From positions 128,001-192,000 of the forward strand of contig CAWCVB010000007.1 in assembly GCA_963798915.1 (NCBI GenBank): a stretch of 64,000 bases of DNA, read 5' to 3'. The notes beneath the pieces were generated by a model that was not told the DNA's origin, did not search any database, and saw nothing but the letters and a program-made list of their open reading frames with translations. The stretch is from an uncultured Gemmatimonadales bacterium (GTDB lineage Bacteria > Gemmatimonadota > Gemmatimonadetes > Gemmatimonadales > GWC2-71-9). Of this stretch, positions 31,605 to 41,413 are shown one piece after another; position 1 is the stretch's first letter; each line of letters opens with the position of its first letter. The position numbers and the translations under genes are program-made.

Positions 31605-34382
31605 TCAGCCCAGACCCTTGGCATCGAGCCAGTTGCTTCCCACTCCCATTTCCACCACCAGCGGAACCTCGAGCTGTGCCGCGCCCTCCATGTGCTCGCG
31701 CACGACGGCCTGGACATGGTCGAGTTCGGCCGGCGGAACCTCGAGGACGAGTTCGTCGTGCACCTGCAGCAGCAGGCGGCTTTCCAGGCGCTCGTCCCGC
31801 AGCACCCGGTGGATTTCGATCATGGCCAGCTTGATCAGGTCGGCCGCCGAGCCCTGCAGGGGGGAGTTCTGGGCAGTGCGCTCACCGTAGGAGCGAATGT
31901 TGAAGTTGCGGTCGCGCACTTCCGGGACGTAGCGCCGGCGGCCGGAGAGCGTTTCCACGTATCCCTTGTCCCGGGCCAGCTCGACCTGCCCATCGAGAAA
32001 ATCGCGGACGCCGCGGAACCTGGTGAAGTAGCTGCGGATGAACTCGCGGGCTTCCTCCTGGGTGATGCCCAGCTGGCGCGAGAGCGCAAACGGCCCCTGG
32101 CCGTAAATGGTGGCAAAGTTGATGGTCTTGGCGCGGGCCCGCATGTCGGGGGTCACCGCATCGGCCGGCACGCCGAAGATCACCGCAGCGGTCTGGCGGT
32201 GGATGTCCCCGCCCTGGCGGAACGCCTCGATGAAGGCCGGATCGCGCGAGAGGTGCGCCATGAGCCGCAACTCGATCTGCGAGTAGTCGGCCACCAGGAA
32301 CTGCCATCCTTCGCGCGGAATGAAGCCGCGCCGGATGGCGGCTCCGCGGGGTGTGCGCACCGGAATATTCTGCAGATTGGGATCGGTGGAGCTCAGGCGC
32401 CCGGTGGCCGCGCCAGTCTGGTTGAAACTGGTGTGGATGCGGCCGGTCACCGGGTTGACCGAGGTCGGCAGGGTATCCACATAGGTGCTCTTGAGCTTCT
32501 GCAGTTCCCGGTAGTCCAGGATCCGCCGCGGCAGTGCGTGGCCCATCTCGGCGAGCTGCTCGAGCACGTCGGCGTCGGTGGACGGGCCGGTGCGGGTCTT
32601 CTTGAGCACCGGCAGCTGCTCCTTTTCGAACAGCACCGCGGCGAGCTGGCGCGGCGAATTGATGTTGAGGTCCTCACCCGCGATCGCGGCGATATCGGCC
32701 TCGATGATCGCGAGTTCGGTGCTCAGCTCGGCCGAGAGCTGCTGGAAGAGTGGCACGTCGACACGAATACCTTCCCATTCCATGTCGGCCAGGACCGGCA
32801 CCAGCGGCATCTCGATCTCGTCCAGCACCTGGGTCATGCCGGTCGACTCGAGTGTGGGCGCAAAGAAGTCTCGCAGCGCCAGCACCGTGGTGCTGTCGGC
32901 GCCGCAGTAATCGGCGGCCACCTCGACCGTGACGCAGGCAAAGGGAATTTCCGACTTCCCCTTCCCCACCAGCTCCTTGTAGGTCCGCATGGTGACGCCC
33001 AGATGTTCGAGCGCCAGGTTGTCGATCCCGTGCGAGCGGCGGCCGGGATCGAGCACAAAGCTCGTCAGCATCGAGTCGTAGGTCACGCCGCGCACCGTGA
33101 TGCCGGCGCGGCGGAGCACCTCGATGTCGTACTTGGTGTTGTGGCCGGCCTTGGCCACGGCGGGGTCGGTGAGCAGCGCACGAACGCCGGCAAGTTTCGG
33201 GTCCGTGATCGGCGGCAGGTTGCAGACCGCGTCCGGCGCGGCGAGATCGCCCTCCAGCGCACGGTGCCCGAACGGCAGGTACCACGCTTCGGTCGGGCTG
33301 ATGGCAAACGAGAGGCCAATCAGTTCGGCATCGCGAGGCTGGAGCGATGAGGTCTCGGTGTCGAAGGCGATGATCGGCGCGGCACGGAGCCGCTCGACCA
33401 GGGGCGGGAGTTCGGCCGCGTCGGTCACCACGCCCACCACGCGGGTCGGCTCCGCGGCGTGCGCCACCGATGCCGGCACGGTGGCGCCCGATTCGGCCTC
33501 GGTGAAGCGCCGCACCAGTGAGTAGAACTCCAGTTCGCTGAGGAGCGGCAGCAGCGCCGCCACGTCAGGATCTTCCATCTCCATGGCGCGGAGGTCGAAC
33601 TCGACCGGCACGTCGCGCATGATGGTGACCAGCTCCTGCGACAGCCGGGCATTGTCGGCATTGGCCAGCAGCGCCTCGCGGGGCCGCTTGCCGGAGATCT
33701 CGCCGGCATGGGCCAGGATCTCTTCCAGGTTGCCGTACTGCTGCAGCAGCTTCTGCGCGGTCTTCTCGCCCACGCCCTTCACGCCCGGCACGTTGTCGCT
33801 GGTGTCGCCCACCAGCGCCAGGAAATCGATGACCTGCCCAGGCGGCACGCCCAGGCGCTCGGAGGCGTTGGACTCGTCCACCCAGGTCTCATCCACGCCG
33901 GCCGGTCCGCCCCGCCCGGGGTTCAGCAGCGCGATGCCCGGGCCGATGAGCTGGTAAAAATCCTTGTCGCCCGAGACAATGACCGCGTCCACCTGGTACT
34001 CGGGCATGGCGCGCGCAGCGAGCGTGCCGATCACGTCATCGGCTTCGTAGCCCGGCACCCCGACCAGGGGAATGCGGAACGCGGCAAGCAGCTGGGTGAT
34101 GCGGCGGAGCGCGCTATCGAAGTCGGCCTGCAGTTCGTCGTCCAGCTTGTCGCGGGTGGACTTGTACTCGGCGTACCGCTGCTCGCGGAATGAGGTCCCC
34201 ATGTCGTGGACCCAGGCGAGGTAGTCGGGCTTGTATTTCTCCCGCAGGCGGAGCAGGAAGTTCACCACACCCCAGACGGCGGACGTATTCTCGCCCCGCG
34301 CCGTGCGGAGCGGCCGCGCGATCATGGCAAAGAAGGCACGGTAGATGAGGGCGTAGCCGTCGATGAGGTAGAGGCGGGGCAT
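31605..34382 (-). CDS. polA: DNA polymerase I
   Basis: LIDG...YEADD 5'-nuclease, FDTET 3'-5' exonuclease, TGRLSS, DYSQIELR, KTINFATIYG, QVHDEL. Confidence 0.98.
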   Translation of the reverse strand: MPRLYLIDGYALIYRAFFAMIARPLRTARGENTSAVWGVVNFLLRLREKYKPDYLAWVHDMGTSFREQRYAEYKSTRDKLDDELQADFDSALRRITQLLAAFRIPLVGVPGYEADDVIGTLAARAMPEYQVDAVIVSGDKDFYQLIGPGIALLNPGRGGPAGVDETWVDESNASERLGVPPGQVIDFLALVGDTSDNVPGVKGVGEKTAQKLLQQYGNLEEILAHAGEISGKRPREALLANADNARLSQELVTIMRDVPVEFDLRAMEMEDPDVAALLPLLSELEFYSLVRRFTEAESGATVPASVAHAAEPTRVVGVVTDAAELPPLVERLRAAPIIAFDTETSSLQPRDAELIGLSFAISPTEAWYLPFGHRALEGDLAAPDAVCNLPPITDPKLAGVRALLTDPAVAKAGHNTKYDIEVLRRAGITVRGVTYDSMLTSFVLDPGRRSHGIDNLALEHLGVTMRTYKELVGKGKSEIPFACVTVEVAADYCGADSTTVLALRDFFAPTLESTGMTQVLDEIEMPLVPVLADMEWEGIRVDVPLFQQLSAELSTELAIIEADIAAIAGEDLNINSPRQLAAVLFEKEQLPVLKKTRTGPSTDADVLEQLAEMGHALPRRILDYRELQKLKSTYVDTLPTSVNPVTGRIHTSFNQTGAATGRLSSTDPNLQNIPVRTPRGAAIRRGFIPREGWQFLVADYSQIELRLMAHLSRDPAFIEAFRQGGDIHRQTAAVIFGVPADAVTPDMRARAKTINFATIYGQGPFALSRQLGITQEEAREFIRSYFTRFRGVRDFLDGQVELARDKGYVETLSGRRRYVPEVRDRNFNIRSYGERTAQNSPLQGSAADLIKLAMIEIHRVLRDERLESRLLLQVHDELVLEVPPAELDHVQAVVREHMEGAAQLEVPLVVEMGVGSNWLDAKGLG

Positions 34383-34468
34383 GGGGGAAGATAAGTCGGC
34401 GAGACGGCAAGTCGGCCAGCCGGCAAGTGCGTCGAAGGCAAGAACCAGCCGTCCAGCCGTCTCGCCGA

Positions 34469-35812
34469 CTAGTTCCCGGTCCTCCGCAGCCGCGACAGCA
34501 CCCGCTGGAAGTCGGCCCGCGAACTGGGATCGAGCCGGTAGCGGCCGAAGCCGTTCTCGTCGACGAAATAGAGCGCCAGGCGCAGGTTGGTATAGACCCA
34601 TTCGATGATCCGGCCACCGACTGCGCCCGGCTGGGTTTCATAGGTCTCGTCCGGTTCCCCGAAGGCCACGTACACTTCGCCCCGGTCGGTGCGCCATCCA
34701 TCAACGCCTTCGGAGCGGAACCGCTGGTTGGCAATGGCGATGCGCGTGAAGTAGGCGTTGATCGCCTCGTTCTCGGAGGTGTTGGGATCGGGATCGGTCT
34801 CGTGCCAGAAGTTCACCCACATGGCCGGGCGCTCGGCGGCGGGTGCCTTGCGGATGGAGTCGATGGCGGCCTGGCGGCCGAAGTAGCGCAGCAGGTCCGC
34901 CATGTTCTCGTAGTTGGCCACCACCCACGCGTGGGAGAACGCCACCAGTGCCGTCGTGGTCTTGGCGCTGTCGCCCTGGCCGACGCTCAGAGTGAGCGGA
35001 CCCAGTGCGGTGCTGTCGGGATACAGCTTGAGCACCTGGCCTTCCACCGGGCGCCCGCCCTCGAATGACACCGATCCGGAGAAGATCACGCTGTCCGCTT
35101 CGTTCCGCATGGTGACCGGCAAGGTCTCGGGTCCGGGAAAGTTGTACCCCTCGATATAGGCCAGCAGGCTGTCACCACCGAACAGCACCGAGCCGCGCGG
35201 ATTGAGCACCAGCGAGAGCGTATCCTCCAGACTTCCCCGCCCTCGCACCGCGTACACCAGCAGCGGCGCCGTGATGCTCCCTGCCCCGTAGCTCGGCACT
35301 TCCTGGGCCTGCTCCACCTTGCCGCTGTTCCCGGTGGCTGGGTCGCGGAGCGTCGCCTGCAGCGTGTACTGCCCGGGCGGCAGCAGGAAGGTTTGCTGGA
35401 ACAGCAGACTTTCATCGGAGCGCTGGGTCTCCTTGAAGGAACCGACGCGGACTGTTTCCTGCCGGTTGATGGCCACCGGCGCCGCGCCCGCACGCGTGAA
35501 GCCCAGGTCCACCTGGTACCGGGCCACGAAACCATTGGCTTCGCGCTGGAAGCCGAGGACGCTGTTCTGGAGCGAGATGCCGACCACGGCAATGGTGGAG
35601 TCGTGGGCGCCGGCGGCATAGGCCACGCTGCCGACCCACTGCAGCGGGCCGGTGGACGAGAGCCGTCCGATGCGGCGGTAGAAGGTCTGGGTATCGAGCA
35701 AGTCCGACAGCGTTTGCGAAGTGGACTTGGGCTCGGGTTCAGTGCCGACGCGCTTCCAGCTGCCACAGGCGGCGGTGGCAACGAGCACGGCAACGAGCGC
35801 GAGACGGCGCAT
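34469..35812 (-). CDS. GWxTD domain-containing lipoprotein
   Basis: Lipobox TAAC; FW..DPDPNTSENE, GWRTDRGEVYVAFGEPD. Confidence 0.9.
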   Translation of the reverse strand: MRRLALVAVLVATAACGSWKRVGTEPEPKSTSQTLSDLLDTQTFYRRIGRLSSTGPLQWVGSVAYAAGAHDSTIAVVGISLQNSVLGFQREANGFVARYQVDLGFTRAGAAPVAINRQETVRVGSFKETQRSDESLLFQQTFLLPPGQYTLQATLRDPATGNSGKVEQAQEVPSYGAGSITAPLLVYAVRGRGSLEDTLSLVLNPRGSVLFGGDSLLAYIEGYNFPGPETLPVTMRNEADSVIFSGSVSFEGGRPVEGQVLKLYPDSTALGPLTLSVGQGDSAKTTTALVAFSHAWVVANYENMADLLRYFGRQAAIDSIRKAPAAERPAMWVNFWHETDPDPNTSENEAINAYFTRIAIANQRFRSEGVDGWRTDRGEVYVAFGEPDETYETQPGAVGGRIIEWVYTNLRLALYFVDENGFGRYRLDPSSRADFQRVLSRLRRTGN

Positions 35813-35849
35813 GAGTAAGGCTCCGTTGAAGTGTCAGATCACTGCTGGC

Positions 35850-35917
35850 CGACGGTCGACAGTCGTCGGTCGTCAACTGCATCGTCAACCGTTGACCGTT
35901 GACCGTTGACCGTCGAC
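35850..35917. repeat. Inverted heptamer arrays (GACGGTC / TTGACCG) between divergent genes
   Basis: Directly visible. Confidence 0.8.
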
Positions 35918-35958
35918 TGCTTGCTGCTCCCTCTCAAAACCACTAGCTTGGCAGGCCG

Positions 35959-36849
35959 ATGCCCAGTGACAATCATCTCGGCCGCACTGTTGCGGGTTAC
36001 CGCCTCGTCAAGCACATCGGCGAGGGGGGAACCGCCACGGTCTATCGTGCCGAGCACCCGGACCGCGGGCTGGCGGCGGTGAAGGTGCTGCGGCCGCGGC
36101 TGGCCCAGGATCCGGTGGCCATCAAGCGCTTCCTCCGCGAGGCGGAATACGGGAAGCGGGTGGTCCATCCCAAGATCGTCCGAACCTTCGATTATGGCGA
36201 GGCCGACGGGATCCACTTCCTTGCGCTCGAGTGGGCGGAGGGCGAGCCGCTGGCCAACTTCGTGCAGCGGGCGGGCCATGTCGCGCCGACCGTGGCGGCC
36301 ACGATCGTCGAGCAGATCGGCGGGGCCCTGGGAGCGGCACACAAGGCCGGCATCATCCACCGGGACCTCAAGCCGGCCAACATCATGTACAACCCGGCGA
36401 CCCAGGAAGCCAAGCTCCTGGACTTTGGCATTGCCAGGGACGCCGAAGTCAGCCCTGAGGAGCGGCTCACCCGGGCGGGATTCTTTGTGGGGACGCTTCA
36501 GTACGTCGCACCAGAGACACTTTCGGGTGAACTGGTGGGCGAACAGGCCGATGTGTACAGTCTTGCAACGATCGCCTACTACCTGCTGACCGGGGCACTG
36601 CCGTTCACCGGCCGCAACCCACGTGAGTTGTTCCAGCAACTACTACAAGAAGAAGCGCTGCCACTGAACCAGGCGGTGAAGGGCATGAAGTTCAGCCCGG
36701 CCGTCGAGGCAGCGGTCATGAAGGGGCTGGCCCGGGACCGGGCCCAGCGCTACCAGACGGTGGACGCCTTCACTGTGGCCTTCTGCGCGGCGGCCCGGGA
36801 CGAGAAGAAGAAGGGCGGGTTCCTCACCTCGCTCTTCGGCCGGAGCTGA
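35959..36849 (+). CDS. Hanks-type Ser/Thr protein kinase, kinase domain only
   Basis: IGEGGTATVY, AVK, HRDLKPAN, DFG, GTLQYVAPE, DVYS. Confidence 0.95.
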   Translation: MPSDNHLGRTVAGYRLVKHIGEGGTATVYRAEHPDRGLAAVKVLRPRLAQDPVAIKRFLREAEYGKRVVHPKIVRTFDYGEADGIHFLALEWAEGEPLANFVQRAGHVAPTVAATIVEQIGGALGAAHKAGIIHRDLKPANIMYNPATQEAKLLDFGIARDAEVSPEERLTRAGFFVGTLQYVAPETLSGELVGEQADVYSLATIAYYLLTGALPFTGRNPRELFQQLLQEEALPLNQAVKGMKFSPAVEAAVMKGLARDRAQRYQTVDAFTVAFCAAARDEKKKGGFLTSLFGRS

Positions 36850-37410
36850 TGGGGCTCGAGCGGGACCGGGCCAGACTTCGGGCGCTCCTGCTGGAGCGGA
36901 GCGTCAAGCGGGGCGATTTCACCCTGGCCTCGGGCCAGCACTCCTCCTATTACATCGACTGCCGTCTCACCACCATGAGCGCCGAGGGGCAGGGGCTCAT
37001 CGGGAAGCTGGGGCTGGCGGCCATACGCGATCGCGGCTGGGTGCCGGACGCCGTTGGCGGCCTCACCATGGGCGCGGATCCGGTGGCCTACGCCATTGCG
37101 GCAGCAAGTTTTGGCAGCCCGCCGATAATTGATGCCTTCAGCGTGCGGAAAAGCGCCAAGGAGCACGGCACTGGCCGGCTGATCGAGGGGAACTTCGGCC
37201 CAGGGATCGCGGGTCGTGGTGATCGAGGACGTGATCACCTCGGGCGGCTCGGCGCTCAGGGCGATCGATGCGGTTCGGGATCAGGGCGGGGAAGTGCTGG
37301 GGCTGCTGGCGGTGGTGGACCGGGAGGGGGACGGGAGGGGGAGGGTAGAAGCGGCGAATGTGTCGGTCGTGGTGCTGGAGACGGCGAGAGGGTTGGGGAT
37401 TGGGGGTTAG
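36849..37410 (+). CDS. pyrE: Orotate phosphoribosyltransferase, frameshifted near 37205
   Basis: FTLASG..S.YYID, GGLTMGADP and VRKSAKEHG in one frame; the PRPP loop VIEDVITSGGS in the next. Removing one G from CCAGGGATC joins them. Confidence 0.9.
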
Positions 37411-37437
37411 GGGTTGGGGGTTGGGGGTTGGGGGTTG
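37390..37437 (+). repeat. G-rich heptamer array (GGGGGTT)n, potential G-quadruplex
   Basis: Seven G-runs spaced ~7 nt apart, overlapping the pyrE stop. Confidence 0.8.
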
Positions 37438-37825
37438 CGTCATTGCGAGGAGCGCCCATCGGGAGCGACGAAGCAATCGGGTCGCTTGCGGAACGGGTGC
37501 GCTTCCGAACTGCAGTCGACACTCCGCAACAGCGAATCACGAGAAACACGAAAGTCACGAAACTCACGAAAGCACGGAACTGATACGCGCAGGCAACCGC
37601 CATCCGTGACGCGGCACATTGCAGACCGGCGAAGTTGTCTATTTCGGCTGCACGTAGGACGCTATTTCCAGGATGATGCCGACCCCGATTGGCTGTCAGT
37701 GTAGCTTCGTCAGCGTACGCACTGGGCGGTTCAGGCCTTCCGAGCTTGCGTGACTCCGTGCGATATTGCCCTGTCCCGCCGATGACCAAGCGACCAGCAA
37801 TTACCTCTCGTTTGGTGGAGGTGCC

Positions 37826-38632
37826 ATGCGTGCACGTCGTGGGGTGATTCTGGCTCCAGTTGTGATCGCCGCGATGGCAGCGGCATGCGACTCCACCGCG
37901 CCCGCCAAGGGCACCCATCTTTCCGGCGTGATCACCGAACTCGGCAAGATCCCGGCTCCGCCAATGGATGTGAAAGTCCGCATCTGGCGATCCGGGAATC
38001 CATCGGCCGAGGACGCCGCAATCCTCCTGACGGACGCGAATGGCGCATTTGCCGTGGATCTGGCTGCGGTTGAACCGCCCGAGCTGGACAGCGTTCGCGT
38101 CATGGCAACGCGCTACGATTGTGAAGGAAATCGGGTGACGGGAGTCACAGTGCGTCGCGCAGACATCGCCGGAGCCAGGTCCATCACCATGCCCAGGATC
38201 AACCTGAATTTCGAGCTGGCTACGCCAGATGTGGCCAATGGGGCTGCCGTCTGTGCGGCCATTCCCCGGCGAACGGCCACGCTCGAGATCGATGACATGG
38301 CCCGTCTCGCGATCTGGATCGATGACATCAGTGATTCAGTCCGCGGCCGCTGGCGCGCAAACCACTCCGCCTCCATTGGTGATGACTTCGGCTATTTCAG
38401 CGGCTATGAAGCAGTGAATGCCGGCATTTCAGAGCTGCATCTCCATCTTCGGCCCACCGAACCGGCATCGTGCACCGGCCTCGATCTTGTCATTCCCACC
38501 GTGGCCGACGGCAGTGCCGAGATGGATGTCGCGACCCTGAGTGGAGGCGGCAGCTGTTCGCTGCCGGACGGACCCATCAGGTTCTTCAAGGGTGCGAGTC
38601 TGTCCGAGGTCCAGCCCCCGCTTCTCATGTAA
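37826..38632 (+). CDS. Hypothetical lipoprotein
   Basis: GGAGG RBS, lipobox AAAC, beta-rich mature region. Confidence 0.7.
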   Translation: MRARRGVILAPVVIAAMAAACDSTAPAKGTHLSGVITELGKIPAPPMDVKVRIWRSGNPSAEDAAILLTDANGAFAVDLAAVEPPELDSVRVMATRYDCEGNRVTGVTVRRADIAGARSITMPRINLNFELATPDVANGAAVCAAIPRRTATLEIDDMARLAIWIDDISDSVRGRWRANHSASIGDDFGYFSGYEAVNAGISELHLHLRPTEPASCTGLDLVIPTVADGSAEMDVATLSGGGSCSLPDGPIRFFKGASLSEVQPPLLM

Positions 38633-38776
38633 GCACAATCCAGTAACCAAAATCCAGGCATCGGAATCCTCCGGGCCTTCGATTTCTTGTACCTTTCGTG
38701 ATTTCGTGTGCCCTTTGTCATGACCTCGTAATACCGCTGTTCCATCCCTGCAAGCTGCATCTGCTATGCTGGGTTC

Positions 38777-39295
38777 ATGCGCCGAGCCCTGCCATTTGGT
38801 CCCCTCCAGTTTACAGCTCTCAGCGCGGGAGTGCTGACAGTAGTTCTGATTTGTGTCCTGATCACCGACGCAGGTGGCGTCTGGTGGGCGCTTCCATTTC
38901 CCCGCGAACTCGCCATGTATCGCCTGGAGCATGCGGCCAACTACTTCGCTTTTGGTGGCTGTGCGTATGCGCCAGCTCAGTCGTGGCAGCTCCTCCGCGA
39001 ACAGCCGAATGCCACCGAGCTGTTTGACAGCGTCGCCACCCACGCCGACTCGGCGGCGGGGCAGGTGATGGCGTTGGCCGGGCTGATCGTGGCCTCAGGA
39101 AGCGAGACTCAGGGCACAAGACACATGACCCGTATTGCTGATTCCGCCATACAGCTTCAAGAGATTCGGGTCATCCACGGCTACTGGCCGGATAGTCGCA
39201 CGGATACATTGTCGCTGTCACAGATGCTGGCACCATCGCTCCTGGATTCGGTCATCGCGTTGCTGATGCAACCTCCGTGGACTCCTGAATGCTAG
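38777..39295 (+). CDS. Hypothetical membrane-anchored protein
   Basis: 172-aa ORF with an N-terminal hydrophobic helix; lower GC. Confidence 0.5.
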   Translation: MRRALPFGPLQFTALSAGVLTVVLICVLITDAGGVWWALPFPRELAMYRLEHAANYFAFGGCAYAPAQSWQLLREQPNATELFDSVATHADSAAGQVMALAGLIVASGSETQGTRHMTRIADSAIQLQEIRVIHGYWPDSRTDTLSLSQMLAPSLLDSVIALLMQPPWTPEC

Positions 39296-39437
39296 GAGAT
39301 CGCAACCGGAGCACTGGACGTACTTGCCCGCGACCCGCCCTGAATCGAACCTGCTCGCACAATTTGGATCCATACACGCCGCCGCCGCATTCTAGCTTCG
39401 GACACGCGCTGGCCCGTGGAGCACGGGCCAACGACAC

Positions 39438-39467
39438 TTGACATGATGGTAACTGTAACGTTACCAT
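39438..39467 (+). promoter_or_regulatory. TA promoter with overlapping palindromic operator
   Basis: TTGACA-18 bp-TACCAT; ATGGTAAC-N6-GTTACCAT at 39446-39467. Confidence 0.8.
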
Positions 39468-39480
39468 TGCAGAGGCGGGT

Positions 39481-39846
39481 ATGGAGCTCCGGGAGTACAT
39501 CCGGCCGGATGGCTCGAACCCGTACCGGCGCTGGTTCGATAGGCTGAGCGCACCCGCCGCTGCCAAGGTCGCCATCGCGACCATGCGACTGAGCCAGGGA
39601 AATACCTCGCATGTGAAATGGTTCGATGGTATCGGCGAGTACGTGGTTGACTGGGGTCCTGGGTACCGTATCTATCTGGCGCAGGATGGCCACGATCTGA
39701 TCATCCTGTACGGCGGCGGGATCAAGAAGCGCCAGCAGCGGGACATCGCAAAGGCCAAGACTCTCCACAGCGAATACAAGGCTCGTAACGCGGCAAAGCA
39801 AGCAGGCGGACGGAAGCAGAGACGCAAGTCACCCCGACGGAGATGA
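39481..39846 (+). CDS. RelE/ParE-superfamily type II toxin (addiction module killer type)
   Basis: REYIRPDGSNPYRRWF, GN, GIGE..VDWGPGYRIY, LYGGG.K..Q..DI. Confidence 0.92.
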   Translation: MELREYIRPDGSNPYRRWFDRLSAPAAAKVAIATMRLSQGNTSHVKWFDGIGEYVVDWGPGYRIYLAQDGHDLIILYGGGIKKRQQRDIAKAKTLHSEYKARNAAKQAGGRKQRRKSPRRR

Positions 39847-39852
39847 GGCCAG

Positions 39853-40176
39853 ATGGCACTCACTCGCGACTTCAAACACACCGTCGCCTCCCGGCTCGCA
39901 AGGGATCCGGCCTTCGCCAAGGCGTTGCTCAATGAGGCCGCCACGCTCTTTCTCAACGGCGAGCCCGAGACTGCGCGGCTCACCTTGCGTGAACTGGTCA
40001 ATGCAACCCTGGGCTTCGAAGAGCTCGCGACGTTGACGGACACGCCAAGCAAGAGCCTGCACCGGATGCTGTCTGATCGGGGGAACCCGAGCATGGACAA
40101 TCTGGCGGCTATCTTCAACGCGCTCCGCCAGCAACTCAAGATCGATCTTCGCGCCAAGGCGGTTTCGGCCGCATGA
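39853..40176 (+). CDS. HTH antitoxin (addiction module antidote type)
   Basis: MALTRDFKHTV, GFEELA, KSLHRMLS..GNPSMDNL; directly after the toxin. Confidence 0.9.
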   Translation: MALTRDFKHTVASRLARDPAFAKALLNEAATLFLNGEPETARLTLRELVNATLGFEELATLTDTPSKSLHRMLSDRGNPSMDNLAAIFNALRQQLKIDLRAKAVSAA

Positions 40177-40309
40177 GTGCCGCCGACAGTCGTCACACGT
40201 CCAATCCCCTCTCCATCGCCACCCGCTTTTGTATCGGGACTGCCCGACCACTGGCCCAGCACGAGCGGGAGAATCTCGATCCGCCGGCTCCACATCTTCC
40301 GACCTGCGG

Positions 40310-40865
40310 GGGCTCGCAAACCCGACCTTTCTCGCCGAGGCGATCCTCTTTGGCCTCGATGGCGTACTCGTGGACTCCCGGCGCTGCATTGAGCAGGTCT
40401 GGCGGGATTGGGCCGGGCGGAATTCGATGGACGCCGACACCATCATCCGAGTCGCCCACGGCAGGCGCACCAGCGACACGCTGCGCGAGGTGGCGCCGGA
40501 ACTGACATTGCGGCGGAAGTTGCCGAACTGGATCGCATCGAAGCAACTGAGCGTCGCGGTGTCGAGCCGGTGCCCGGCGCCCTGAAGCTTCTCGATTCCA
40601 TTCCTTGTCGGCCGGCTATCTCGAAGCTGCCCGCCGCCTCGGGGTGGATCCTTCAAGGTGCGCAGTTGTCGAGGACGCCCCTGCCGGCATCGCTGCCGGC
40701 AATGCGGCGGGAATGTTTGTCCTTGGCATGGAGGGCACCTGCCCGACCTACACCCTGGCCAGTGCGAACTGCGTCCTCGCCATGCTGGGCAAGCTCCACT
40801 GCAGCGTCAGTGCAGCTCGATGGCTTGAGCTCGATTTTGGCCAGGAGCCGCCCCATGCAGATTGA
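40310..40865 (+). pseudogene. HAD-superfamily phosphatase (YfbT-like) remnant
   Basis: ILFGLDGVLVDS (nucleophile Asp replaced by Gly), HGRR, VPGA and VVEDAPAG lie in three frames; the motif II-III segment is missing. Confidence 0.8.
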
Positions 40866-40900
40866 GAGCCTCTCACGAAGAGCGACTGCAGGGGCAGGGC

Positions 40901-40990
40901 TCGACCCGCAACCCTCGACCCTTGACCCGCGACCCGCGACCCGCGACCCGCGACCCGCGACCCTCGACCCTCGACCCTCGACCCTCGACC
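40901..40990. repeat. Heptamer tandem repeat (CGACCCK), about 12-13 units
   Basis: Directly visible, ends 6 nt before the TfoX start. Confidence 0.9.
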
Positions 40991-40996
40991 ACCAAC

Positions 40997-41329
40997 ATGC
41001 CCGTCTCCCCGTCCTTCCGCACCTACGTCCTCGAGCAACTCTCGCGCGTGACGCCCAATGTGCGCTCCCGCAGCATGTTCGGCGGCGTCGGCATCTACGG
41101 CGGCGACCTGTTCTTTGCCCTGATCGACGACGACCTGGTCTACTTCAAGGTGGACGACACCAACCGGCCTGATTTCGAGGCTCGCGGGATGGAGCCCTTC
41201 CGGCCCGGCGGGCCCGACGGCGAGGCGATGCAGTACTACCAGCTGCCGGCGGAACTGCTGGAGGACAGCGAGGAGCTGGAGATCTGGGTGGAACGGGCAT
41301 TGGCAGTGGCTCGGCGAAAACGGAAGTGA
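40997..41329 (+). CDS. TfoX/Sxy N-terminal domain protein
   Basis: RSMFGGVGIY..FFALI..YFKVD..MQYYQLP. Confidence 0.9.
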   Translation: MPVSPSFRTYVLEQLSRVTPNVRSRSMFGGVGIYGGDLFFALIDDDLVYFKVDDTNRPDFEARGMEPFRPGGPDGEAMQYYQLPAELLEDSEELEIWVERALAVARRKRK

Positions 41330-41413
41330 TTCGGGAGCACGGAAATTCGTCGGTCGTCATGTGCTGCTGATGACTGACGACCGAAGACGGACGACGCTTT
41401 CTGACAGGACCGC

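Noticed and set aside
37390..37437. Telomere-like repeat
   Set aside because: Internal, short and degenerate; it fits the genome's general heptamer arrays.
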